A stretch of DNA of 64,000 nt from Balanoglossus misakiensis (lineage: Eukaryota > Animalia > Hemichordata): assembly GCA_040954595.2 (NCBI GenBank), contig CM082588.2, positions 8,230,844 to 8,294,843 of the forward strand. The letters are read 5' to 3'. Position 1 is the stretch's first letter, and each line of letters starts with the position of its first letter. The translations under genes and the position numbers were made by a program. Positions 24,891 to 37,828 of the stretch are shown here, in pieces. The notes under the pieces are model-generated. The model ran no database searches, was not told the DNA's origin, and saw only the letters and a program-made list of their open reading frames with translations.

Positions 24891-26220
24891 TTTTTCTAAC
24901 ACGACCAGAAATTTGCGATATTAACGTTTATTTACAATAAAAGAACTAAATCTACAAAATACCAACTGATAACTGCATGACCAGTCATATATTGATCCGC
25001 CCCGCAAAACATAGTCCCCATTTCATCACGAGTTTACAGTACACGCATGCTATAAAAATGTGCTCAACACATTAAAATATGGAGATTGTTTCCAATGGCA
25101 TAAATTCGCTCGATATCTAGAAAATACAACCGTTTTTTTTAGTCTGTCGCCAACCACGTACACCACTGTCGTCTGCACATGACCTGATCACATTGTAGTT
25201 CCGGTTTGTGTACAACACATCGCACAATTGGATAATATTTGCTTGTTCTGAGGGGTATGAATATCATTATCCAATCAAAGCTCGTGTCAGATAACACTTG
25301 TCTTTGTGCGCATTAACACAGAGTGTGGGATCAATTTGATCCCACACTCTCTATCCCACACTCCCAGCGGCCAGGAGTGTGAGAAAAAATAGTCCCTGTT
25401 GAGAGAGTGTTAACATGAAAACGTTGCTCTATTTCAAATTTGCTTTGCCATCACAATCAATACTAGTAAAAACTGCATTCATATATCACAGTACGGTACG
25501 CTGTAAAGTAGTAAAATTAATGTGTGATTTTTTCCATGAGTACATATATACAAATAATAACATGGAACTACTTTCTACTTGTAAACATTGAACGCCATGA
25601 CTGCTGGAGCTATGCATTATGTCCGGCGAAACACGGTGATTACATAATTATTTTATGATTAATCTTATCATCTCTCTTCAGAAGACTAACATATTTAGTT
25701 GTCGACCTTACAACAACGAAAATTACTCGTTATCGCCAGCTTTCTTGAATTGCGGATGCAATCTCGCGTTGGCGACAATGAAGAACTGACCCCAAATGAC
25801 CTCATTTGCATACTAATGACTGCGTAACTTGGCTAAAAAACAGACCGTCGGCGGGTTGCTTATCACTCTCGCGTCATTCTACTCAAAATCAAGATGAAAC
25901 GATCGAAACTTTCAACTTTCGTCGCTTTTCGAGATAACAATAATAACGGATTTCCATGCCGTCTGCACACTTTTTGTGTGGACGGTACAGTGACTCGCTG
26001 TGCTAGTTAAATAACTGCCACAGAATGACAGCTACACTCGTAAAAAATAACTATGACAACAGTGATGGTAAGGCCAGTATTCTGCTGTTGTTTTACAATG
26101 GCATTCACATGTTAGTGTTTGTGTTTGTGACCAATTCATATACGCCTTCAGCCTTGGCTGTCACAGATATTAACCGTAGGTCATACAGTCCAAAGTACGG
26201 CCACTTGATTAGTGCATAGT

Positions 26221-26773
26221 TAGCTCTGCGTACAGGTCTGTGTGTTCCCGGCGTTACACGGCCTCTACCCACAGCCCTGCAAGGCGCCATAGAAAAAACT
26301 GGTGCTTCTGCGGTCCGGATCCGGACCGCAGCTTTTTCGGCCGAAATTCGATTTTATCGAAGCAAAATCCTTTCCCTGTCTACTTCTACCTCCTAACCGA
26401 CTCCAAATATGATGCGATTAACTTGTCATAACGTCCGAACCACCCGCGTTTGATTTACTTTGTGTGTTTACATGTTGAGATCGCCATATTAAATATAAGG
26501 CTTACAGCGAGTTTATCTCCATGGGTAAATATAACAGTTTTAGAAAGCGAGCGGTTCGGATGTTAGGACAAGTTAATCGCATCATATTTGGAGTCGGTTA
26601 GGAGGCAGAAGTAGACAGGGAAAGGATTTTGCTTCGAAAAAATCGAATTTCGGCCGAAAAAGCTGCGGTCCGGATCCGGACCGCAGAAGCACCAGTTTTT
26701 TCTATGGCGCCTTGCAGGGCTGTGGGTGGAGGCCGTGTAACGCCGGGAACACACAGACCTGTACGCAGGGCTA
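26221..26773. mobile_element. Non-autonomous DNA transposon with ~225-bp TIRs and 9-bp TSD (Mutator-like)
   Basis: TSD gtgcatagt at 26212-26220 and 26774-26782; the paralogous empty site at ~52129 has a single copy. Confidence 0.85.
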
Positions 26774-29700
26774 GTGCATAGTAGGCTGTGGCCACCAACT
26801 GTGGATAGCAACACATGTATGCATCAATAGAATCGAACTGCCAGTAGACGGAGTCATATCGGTTAAGTATATAGTAGGGCATTTCAGGTTATCAGTCATG
26901 CACCTTATTATCAGGCTGTTCCATCTTATGCTGCTGTTGTTGCTACTGCTTATGTGAAAACCAAACCAATGGTTGCAATTGAGACAAGGTATCCAGTTTA
27001 GACAACCACTCTCCTCGATCTCCAGTAACGACGGTAGTTTCACTACAATAACCTGTATAGAATCGAAACGTTCAAAACACTTAATTGGTACTGACGCGTG
27101 CTTTGATGACTGTCTGAACGTTGTCCACACACGCCCTCCCGCTCACATATTTGTAACTAGATTACTTCCTACGACATCTGATGACGTTGTTCAAGACTAC
27201 ATAAAAAGAAGACAGGTATTGATACGAAATGCGAAAACCTGAAAACAAAAATATGAGACTTATTCCTCCTTCCTTATCGCACCAATTTACGACTAGATTT
27301 ATGGCTAAACAATTAACAAAACAAGATTTATGCGAGATTTACAGAAAAACAAATTACATTAATGTGATGAAGCGGAATGTGGAAACTTTACAGAAACATA
27401 ATATGTTAATAAATAATTACACCTTGAGAATGAAAATCTCGGTCACTATAAAATATTTCTTAAATACCATGTCCCTGGCAAATGATTCACTTTAACATTC
27501 ATTAAAACCTGACTCATTTGTCAACGGACATTAAGCCTGTTTACTAAATATCAATTCGACTGCCATCTTCTACTTCTTATATGACCGAAAACTTCAAGAA
27601 TAAATACTTATACTCTACAATATATGGTTATTTTCTGGTATGCGTCTGTTAAAAGCAAGTCATCTCATAACAATAAATCATTGTTCGTTCGTGTATAAAT
27701 CGATCTCACGTGACAGATATACGCCCTTCAACCAGGTTTTACCTTACGCTCTGTACGTTTGCAAATGAAATTTTTACTGTTGTTTCAGAACCTGCCCCGT
27801 CCCTACGCATGGTAATTTCGAGTTGTGCAGACAACTGATTCTCAGAGCAGCTCATTATCGAATTAATTCTAGCGACTAAGTTCTGTCGTGTATTTCGGTG
27901 ATTCCTCACCTGTTGAAGAGTTTCGCCGTCTCTCTGTGTTCAACGATGGTCTTCGAAGATTCAAACCAGAGAGGCTACACAAACGTGTAAAAGACTTGAG
28001 TTACGAATAATCAGGTCTCTGCAGCATTTTCAACTCTTGCGGAACATAATACGTCACACCGCCATTTTGGTCGTCGGACAACAGACAAAAAATGGCCGGT
28101 GTGGTTGGTTATTACCACATCGAGGCTCACGCGGACTTTGAACGTTGGTGTAAATCCTTGTATCAAGGCACATCAACAACTCAGCAAATATATTCCAATT
28201 GGACAAACCAAGGTGGCAAAGTGTCATTTGTTGTATGTCAGTTCATATTGACATAGTGACAATCGGAAATTATAGAAGATTGGGGAATCAGGAATGTATA
28301 CCACTTCCCTATCGAATTCTGTAGGTTTTCATTTCCTTATACTGTTTTAGGAATTCCTAACCCTCTAATATCTGTCAATTTCGTCACAATTAAACCAGTT
28401 GGGATCGTAGTTTTTCTTCTTCGTGTGTTTCATATACGTTGTATGCGTGCAATACTGATCATACGACATAATGAGTACCTTCGTGTTAGTTGTTTGATTC
28501 GCATGTTGAACACAGCTGTCATAATGTTTTACTCTTTCCGCAAAAATTGCAGTACTAACAAACAACCAAACAAACAAATAAACAATCAATCAATCAAAAT
28601 TAAAATCGTGGTAGTCGTCGTGATCCAGCGCTGAACTGTACGATATTCGACATAATTCAAATCAATAAACATTCCGCAAATGTTCTGTTCTCAATTAAAT
28701 ATCACTTCTTGATACAAGTGGGAAGTTTTAAAATTGGATAAAGAATATCAAGAATGTTTAGGTAGGGCATCCATTACTTAACGAATGACATTTTCTGACA
28801 TCACAAGAAGAAAGACAACAAAATCATCTGTGTGTTTAGTAAAAACACACGTCGAGCTAAAATGTCAATTACTGTATTTTTGTCATCTTGAATCACTTTT
28901 AAGTGGTGGCTTTGCTCAATAGCCCCAGGCGAAAAGGCAAAAGATTGTCCGTTCTAGGTCCTAGTTTGTGTGGACTCTGTCAGTAGAAGTCCAACCTTGG
29001 GAAGCAGAAGGAACTTTGTACTGGGAGTTAAATGAGTTGGCCAACAATTGAGTGCAAACCTGTTTGTTTCTTTGAGATACAACGGTGAACTCAATTTAAA
29101 GCGCCAACAGCTGCCAATTTTTGAAGTATTTTTATTGTTTTATTTTCAAACTTAGGGCATATAAATGACCTAACTGATGGGTGAACACAAACCTATTATC
29201 AACTTCTGATTGTTAATTACATTGAAATATGAGCAAATTGAATAGGAATAAGTGCTGCACCCGTTTATTCAGCCGCCAATTGCAAAAGTAAACAAACATC
29301 GAGTCAAAATAGCGTCATTTATCGGCTAAGGATGAGGATCGGAGTATTTGTATGGATTAAATTAGTTTCTATTACTGAAACGTACGGAAGTTGATCAAAA
29401 ACCAGACACTTGTCCCTTTAATAGGTGAAAACAATATGTTGTGGGACATGTGAAAATGTTTAGCATAGCATGTAATCTGTTTCGAATATGTGCGGAATTA
29501 AAGTTGTCAGCGCCAGGGCTAAAACAAATAGCGTTGTGGCAAGATCGATTTGTCAAGTTCATCTTTATTTACATCATTTTGAGCGCTGAATGAGGTGCCT
29601 AAACACAGATACTCCATGTGACTGGGGTGTCTTGACACTGCCTTCTATAGGATTTGCATGACGGCGATTTTTTTTATTAAATTGTTCATAACTTTGGTTT

Positions 29701-30062
29701 ATTCATTGCCCGGTGTCACCAAAAACTAATTAGTTATTGCAATTCCAAAATAGAATCTGTGTACCAAAGCTGATCGAAATCTGATCAGTCGTTCTTGACA
29801 TACGGTGCTAACAGGCAGACACAGACATATTGCAAACACATACACAGAGAACGCACGATAACATCATCACTCACGTGAGGTAAACAAGGTGCGTGCTGTG
29901 ATAGAAGAAAATCTGGTCAACTAGAAATGTAGGTTGTGCACTTAATTAGCATTAAGGGCTGTGGTAGCAGGAATGAAGTAAAACCATACCGAAATATCCA
30001 ATGGGGACAACCATTTGGAAAAAAAGTAGCAACAGGTATAAGATTGAGCTGTAGAACTGCAG

Positions 30063-32303
30063 ATGTCAGTGCCAAAACGCTTCCGTATTAATCATAATAG
30101 GAAGTCAAATAAACCTTGGATAACTACAGGTATCAAAAGGTCAATTAAACGAAAGCATAAATTCTCTAGGGTCTTTAAAAGTTATTATAACCCTGTGGTC
30201 CTAGCAAAATATAAAATTCATCGTAATATTCTTACAAATGTCCTGAAGATAGCTAAACAGAATTATTATTCTGAACAGTTTGAAAAACACTGTGGAAATA
30301 TTAATTAAACTTGGGAAGTTGTCAATGATATTTTAGTCAAGGGGAAAAAGAAAATGGCTTTGCCCAATAATTTGGAAATTTATTCCGAAGATTCTGGTGC
30401 CACCATTACTGTCACAGACCAGCGTTCCATAATTGATGAGTTCAATAAATATTTCATTTCAGTTGGGGAAAAGTTAGCACAAGATAAAAGCTATACTGGA
30501 AACCACAAAAAGTACTTATCTAACATTCCACCAAATTCTCTTTTTCTTCGTGGTGTAACTAATGAGGAAGTTTTATATATTTTAAATAGTTTGGATAAAA
30601 ATAAAGCTGTGGGGATTGATTAGCCCAAAACGTATTCTCTATGCTAAAGATTATATCTCAAGACCACTGACATACTTAATTAATTTAACACTTTCCACTG
30701 GAGTCTTCCCAGATGAGCTGAAAATTGCAAAGGTAACTCCAGTCTATAAAAAAGGAGAAATGTCTGACCCAGGAAATAATAGACCAGTCTCTGTGTTGCC
30801 ACAGTTTAGTAAAGTTTTTGAAAAAATAATTAACAGACAATTAGTTTGTTATTTAAATAATTTTGATTTATTGTACCGTCATCAGTATGGGTTTCGAGAG
30901 AAGTATAGCACAAAACTTGCTATTGTTGATGTAGTCCAAAAAATATCCGAAGAAATCGACTCTGGGAACACTGTTATTGGGATTTTCCTAGATTTAAAAA
31001 TAGCCTTTGATACAGTAAACCATGAAATTTTAATCAGTAAATTAACATGCATATGGAATACGGAGAATTACTTTGGACCTTTTTGGAAACTGTTTATGTA
31101 ATAGAAAATAGTATACTACAGCAAATGACATAGAGTCTACGAACCTACCAATAACATGTGGTGTTCCTCAGGGGTCTGTTTTAGGTCCTTCATTTTTTGA
31201 ATCTATGTTAATGATATTGCAAATTCAACAACTTTCTTTGATACACGTTTATTTGCAGATGATACAAGTCTGTTTCACTCTTTTGACTCTCATGCTATTA
31301 TTGACCCGGAACAAGTACATTGTTGAAGTACATTGTTGACTGGTGTAACACCAACAAATTTACTATAAATACCAAGAAGACCAAATATATAATCTTTCGG
31401 GGGGAAAATACTGCAGTCTTTATACCAGGGGATCACTTTACATAAAGGGAGAGCGTATTGTTGAAGTACAATCCACGACGTACATCGGGACTGTCCTGGA
31501 TAATAAACTTTCATGGAAAGAACATATAGCTAAAATAAATAGAACTGTTAGCCAAAAGGCAGGCATACTTTACATCATGAAATACATTGTTCCCAAAACT
31601 ATTTTGTTATTACTTTACAACTGTTTCATCTTGCCTCATATATTGTATGCTTTATAAGTTTGGGGAAATGCTTATAAATTCCATTTGAAGCCAATACATC
31701 TTACTCAAGAACGGGTAATACGTACACTCACACACTCAGAGAGACTCGAACATACACCTCCATTATTTAATAGGCTGGGAATATTTGATATATATAGGCA
31801 ACATGAGTATCAAGTATTACTATTTTTTTTCGATTGTATTCATAAAAACTTCCCACTAACAATTCCACAGTACTTCGTTAATATTGAACACATGTATCCA
31901 ACAAGGTCAAAAGAAGAAGGGAATCTTCTGCTTCCCAAATACGCCAAAAATGTGGGTCAACATACAGTGAAATACTATGGTGCTCAAATATGGAATCAAT
32001 TTCCGCAACATATCAAATCTGTCTCATCAAAGTCATGCTTTAAAAAAGAATTGAAAAAGTATTATTTATCCATTTGACTGCTGTGTTTTTAGAAGTGAAA
32101 CATACTGAATTTGGATTTTTATGTACAAACTCGCATTAGTATCGCCCTGTATTCTGCAATTGTATTATTTATGGGGGACTGGACTCAACTAGTGTTACAC
32201 TATTTTCTAGTCCCCTCCCATCTTATACCTATTGTATTCTTCATTCCTTTGTTAACTTGTTTATTTGTATCAGAATAAGGGAAATAAACTTATTATTATC
32301 ATT
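30063..32303 (+). mobile_element. 5'-truncated, decayed CR1/L2-group LINE (reverse transcriptase ORF2)
   Basis: KPWIT, RPVSVLPQFSKVFEK, QYGFR, FLDLKIAFDTVNH, GVPQGSVLGP, LFADDT, GAQIWN; several stops and frameshifts; ends in aataaac(tta)n. Confidence 0.9.
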
Positions 32304-33821
32304 GTTACAGGCTTGTCTGGCATCGAGGGCGTAGTATACGACTAGAAATTAGGTACACTCGCTACAACAGGGCCAACAGGGACAGTGGTTTGAGAACAAG
32401 TGTGATGAGTTTGAACACAAATTTCAACTACTTTCAGAACTCATAATGATTCCAATCAAGTCTGTGAATTTAACTGAACAATCCAAAATACTAAAAATGA
32501 TACTATTTGCCTTCTATAGCAATGTCTGTTTTTCCTTATCCCTAATTTCCTACAAGGAAATAACTTCTAAAATAACCACTAAAAGTGACCTCAGATGACC
32601 CCTGCACAGCCACAGAGATCAAATAAATAGATTCGCTGTTTGAATAGTTATTTTGCAGCAAATCTGTTCAACAAGTCATGGTTCAAATGATTCTTTGTGC
32701 ACTTATTGTTTATGTATGTCTAGAATTACAGCAGATTTCAACAAAAAACACTTCTTTCATATGAGAAAAAATGGTCGGAATCCTACCTGTCGTGAGTATC
32801 TCCATCTGTTGCAGTCTGTAAAACATTGACTAGATGAGATGCCCTCTACGGTAGCTTCTTACGTTTATGTGGGTCGGGGTAATTTGGTCCCTGGGACTTG
32901 AAGTGGGTCCAATCGAAACACGTCATTCCTCATTATGAAGAACTAATACAAAGACCTTTTGGTGTATTACCAGCTGCAAATCTTATGGGAGGCATGTGCA
33001 ATATTCATTTATCATTTCTATATTTTCTTCAATGTATTCTACAGTCAGTTTTCATTTATCCTCAGCCGCAAAAGATAGAGTAAAAGCACAACTTTTAAAC
33101 TGAACTGCAGTTGAAAGGTTTTTTTATTAATTTGAATAAAACTCAATGAATTAAACATCATACAACTTGAAAATGAGAATTGTACAATACCATCGACTTA
33201 GTAGCATAATAAAACAATTTCACAGTGGCATCTCATTATTAATAACACTACAACCTGTGTAAACCTAACACCAAAGGGACTGAAGAAATTGTTCAGTTTG
33301 CAGGTGTCCAGTTTATAGAGTTCTTTTAACATGTGGTTATGGCAAAGAGATATGTTTGGTATAGACAGGTTTCCAGATTAGACACAATTCGGTTAAGACA
33401 GGTTTTACTGTATTTAGGCTAAAGTTAGTAAATTCTTATGTTTTGCATCCATGGGTTTTCAGAGGTTTTAGAGAAAAACACACACAGTTTTCTTTCAGAA
33501 ATTTCCCACATCAAGGGTATTGAGTTAAAAAAAAATAAGCCATGACTTTTCTACTGGTACTACAGCAAAATACTTGTTTTTGTGATTTTCTGGCCATCAC
33601 CAAGTTCACGAAAATTTAACATATGCAAAAATGTACAGTAAAATATCCTATCTTTATCAATTATATACACATGAATATAAAAATATAGATATTTGTTCGT
33701 ATGTGCTTCTACATGTTGGTGTAGACAACCTATATATATGAAAATGTTCAGTAACACTGAAAAACACATCTGTTGCCAGAAAGGTCATTACACTAGATAC
33801 ATATAGCATTATTCATATTAA

Positions 33822-34060
33822 AGGGAAACGCTACCTTGCTAGTAAAGGGGTTCATATAAAATCTGTGTAAAAAACTGGAGTGATCTGTGTCATTTTATTC
33901 ACTTTCACTTATTGGTGGCAGTGTGGCGTTGTTCGAGGTATGCAGAGGTCACTTATATGCCATACTGCAACCGATAAATAAAGGTGAGTAAAACTGACAC
34001 AGATCACTCCGGTATTACACAAATTTTTAGAAGCCTTTACTAGCATGGTAACGTTTCCCT
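33822..34060. mobile_element. Degenerate MITE with imperfect arms
   Basis: agggaaacgctaccttgctagtaaagg...ggagtgatctgtgtca is mirrored by tgacacagatcactcc...cctttactagcatggtaacgtttccct. Confidence 0.55.
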
Positions 34061-34257
34061 CAATTCGGCTAACAATATGTTTTTTGTCAAGAATTCCTCC
34101 TCTGGGGAATGAAAGCATAAGGTAGCTGCCAACCATAGATTAAGTGCCATGGGAGTCTTGGCATTGAATTTATTTTTACAATGACCTTTCATGAGAATTC
34201 TGGTATTTCCTTAATCACCGCAACAGTCTGGAGATATGCGGCGAATGCATATGGTTC

Positions 34258-34595
34258 TTAATCTATCTCTGAATATGGCCTTTTTTTCCCACGTCGTTTT
34301 TCTGATTGCAGTTTGTTTACACACTCCTCCACCAATGAGACTAATGCTGGTAGTTCCATGTTTTGAAACAATTCCTTTAGAAGTGTTAAATCGTCATTGC
34401 TGAAATGACCCTTCTCTTTCAAACAGTAAAATATATCTGAGGGAGATTCCAAATCCTGCAATTCTCGTTTTGGTATGAAGTCTTCTCGTAACAGGCCTCT
34501 GAGATCACGCTCATCCTTTCTGTTTAAACGCTTGTCAAGTGTCATGAAAAGGATATTCAGTGGATTTAATTGTGTTGTTTTAAAACACTGTGAGT
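34258..34595 (-). CDS. Death effector domain (DED) terminal exon
   Basis: LNILFMTLDKRLNRKDERDLRGLLREDFIPKRELQDLESPSDIFYCLKEKGHFSNDDLTLLKELFQNMELPALVSLVEE follows the FADD/caspase-8 DED pattern; acceptor cattacag, phase 1. Confidence 0.8.
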
Positions 34596-37500
34596 CTGTA
34601 ATGATAATGTTAGTGTTAATGTTATATCATACAAAGGTAAACATAACAATCAAATTACAGATTTTTCTCAAATCTGATCTAATAGACCATTTTGATATCC
34701 TGGCATATATAGCTTGTATGAGTTTTTTTCCATTGATTAAGGTAGTTGGAAAGGCTAGGGCGTCAGTTAAAATTTCATTTAAAAACACTGAATTTATATC
34801 TAGAAATGTATTAGAGAAAAATTAAACTCATGAAAAATTCGGGGCAATAAACGTGTAACAAGATATGGCTGGTTTTATTATACCTAATTTCATACATCTG
34901 GCAAGGAAGCTAGGGAGCCTTATTTGAGCGCCCTCTAGGAGAAGACTTCTCCTAGGCTATGCGCACAAGGACGGGTTCCCCTAGCCAAGGGCATTTAAAT
35001 GTAACTTGCAAACACTGATTCTTGCAATTTTCAACGATAGATAACCTTGCTTGTTTATTAAAGGCTGCCAAATTATGAACATTTTTGCATTTCTAGGGAA
35101 CCCGAAAAGCCAGCAGAAAAGCGTTTGACCCAGATAAATGCGATCCTTCGCCGTGAACTGCCGCTAAACTTTGCGTATTTCGCTACTTTTCTGCCCTTCG
35201 CCATAATGTAATGGGTTTTATTTGTGATTGAATTGGTATGCCAGATAATTTTTTTATCATGAAACTTTCAGGAAAGGCTCGGGACATCCCAAAGAACAAT
35301 TTTACGGGACAGTTTTTTCTTAAGTTTTCCCGTTGTGTTTTGGCAGCACGTTAAAGTTGTATACAAAATATCAACAAAAACTGTGTTTTCCTGAGTGATA
35401 ACTTTGAAAAAAATAAGTTTATGCTGAAAGTGTCCCGTACATTGCTGGAGGGGTTGCTTAATATTAAAATGAATACAAATTATTCAATAATTTGTGAAAA
35501 CATGTCAAGATTCAATCAATATTTTGTAAAATTATGAATATTTATATTTAGGTGTATCAAATTTCATAATTTTAGCAGATATTTTTACAGTCATATTTTT
35601 CCCTCACTTTTGAGTTTGTTAAGAATACATGCTGCAAATTTCAAGTCATTATCTTTATTCTAACTTGTGAAAATAAATTCACAAACATTGAGAGAATTTG
35701 CTTCAAAAATAGCCTTTCCAACTACCTTAAACTACATAATAGTAGGTTTTAAAATTTCATAATTTAAATTACAGTTAGTTTCATCCCAATTTCAGTGACC
35801 ATAAAAGTTTATCCTGATAGATCTGCAAAACTGTCAAACTGTCAAACCACAATTTAGAGTTGATACATTTTGCAGTAGCATACCATCATGATACTTACCT
35901 CCATTCGAAGAACTGCTACCAACTTGCTTCTCCTAGATGAGAAAAAGAGACACCCAAGTTGTAAATAACAGTGAAAGGGAAAATAATGCAATACGTTTCA
36001 ATTTTCTAAAAACAATTGTGCTTGAAAACTATGCGGTTCTCATTACAGTGATTCCCCATGTCGGCCAAAACTGGCCAATTATACTCAGCCAAGTTGTCGA
36101 CTATTGAGACATTCAGTAGTTGCCTAAACACATTCAATTCCAGATAAAATGCAAGACACTGGATCTCCATGGGCAGGCAATGTACAGATGGGCACTGATA
36201 AAAGCTTAGCAATCATGGGTGAATAAATTGTGACGGGGGTGTGATGTGTGTGTGTGGGGGGGGGGGGGATGTGCACCAAGTGATTACAATGCATTAAAAT
36301 CACCTGGGCAATTGGCCACTGTACTAAGCCAACGACAGGAAAATGCACATACTCATGGTCCACATAAGATACATTGAAATGTGATAAATTGAACCCAAAA
36401 CCTAAATTGAAAATTTTATGACTTGTAAGAATCAGATTACATGCTTTCTCTGCACTCACATCATATAGCACGGACATCTGTTTGTGGTACAACAATATCA
36501 TTTCAATTATTCACAAGCTAATACGTTTAGGTGGGTTCTTACATTTGGCATTGCGAATAACAGCTCAACAGTTGGTGGGTCATCATTTTTCTGAAACAGC
36601 ATACGTCCTTGCAGACCACGACCTCTTTGCCTGTCTTTAACGACAACATCCCAGTGGTTATCACAAAATGGGTAGTATGGTCTCTTGTTCAGCACTGACT
36701 CCAGACCATAATTCCCTTCTGCGGGGACAGTATTTTTGACAACATCTCCGTATTTCAGCTCAATATCAGAACTGTATGTTGTTCTTTTATCAGTGTATTG
36801 TTTATATTTCTCTTCAGTTTGCAATAAATCTGTAATGGATTTTTGTCCTTTGGCCTCCACCAAGTCACATCTTAAGACTGTTGCAGTATCCTTGTGCTCA
36901 AGAAGAAGAATCTTTACAATCTGATTTCCAGACTTCTTGAAGTCTGTGATGGTTGATAGCATGTAACAAATTCGTGGCATGACTTCTTTGATGTATCTTC
37001 CCAACGAATATCTGAAAACAATTCCAGACACTTTCAAGGATTACGAAAATGGTGAAATGCAATCACATGTTCTAGTCTGCTGACCCCACATTTAGAATCA
37101 TAGATTACAGAAGGGGTATGTTATATCACCATTACCTGTGGATACAATAACATCCAATCAAAGGAAGATTGCTTCAGAGCAATATCAACATAGCTGCAGT
37201 CATTACATTGCATTTCCATTTTTACAGAAGAAGACTTCAACCTACCCACTCAGTATCTGAGTGTGAAATTCCACCACATCGCGTTGTACAGTATAAGAAC
37301 AATCCTTGGTAACATCCTTCCAGTCACAATTACCATCTTCATCTTTAAGTATGCACAGTTCTGTATCATCAGATGCAACATGTGGGATGTCTGGTGGCAG
37401 TGGGATGGTTAGTTTTATAGGCTTCTTGAACTTCATTCTTTCCCTCTGGCCTCGATTGATGTACACTATAGATGCGAAGGACACATCGAGAGATTCTCCA

Positions 37501-37794
37501 CCAGTTGGGAAGACACTATCAACTGTGTTATAGCGACAGTCATGGACCTTCAATACGAACAATAAGCCTCATTGAATGTTGTCACTATAGCAGTACATAC
37601 ATGGATACCTGGCTGAATTATCTCCTGTCTAAGAGTTTAACTGCTTATAGCTGCAGCCTGCCATTTTTTTCAACAAAATCAATCAATCAATCAATCAATC
37701 AATCTAGCAACTGATGCAGCTCCACCTTAATCTATTGTCATGTTAATCTCTATGTTGGGTAATAACAGATATGGGTAAATGTTGGTGGTTGTGG

Positions 37795-37828
<34 letters not shown>

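Noticed and set aside
25890-25930. ISRE/IRF-like GAAA repeats upstream of the GT4 genes (also ~27225 and ~51815)
   Set aside because: Imperfect spacing, expected by chance in AT-rich DNA, and the TSS is unknown.
32786-32816. Short AG...GT-bounded minus-strand segment downstream of the DED exon
   Set aside because: It lies after the stop codon with no coding support; at most a 3' UTR exon.
37136-37193. Candidate extra exon between the ZU5b and UPA exons
   Set aside because: It would end in phase 0, whereas the next exon needs phase 2; direct splicing 37246/37011 is in frame.
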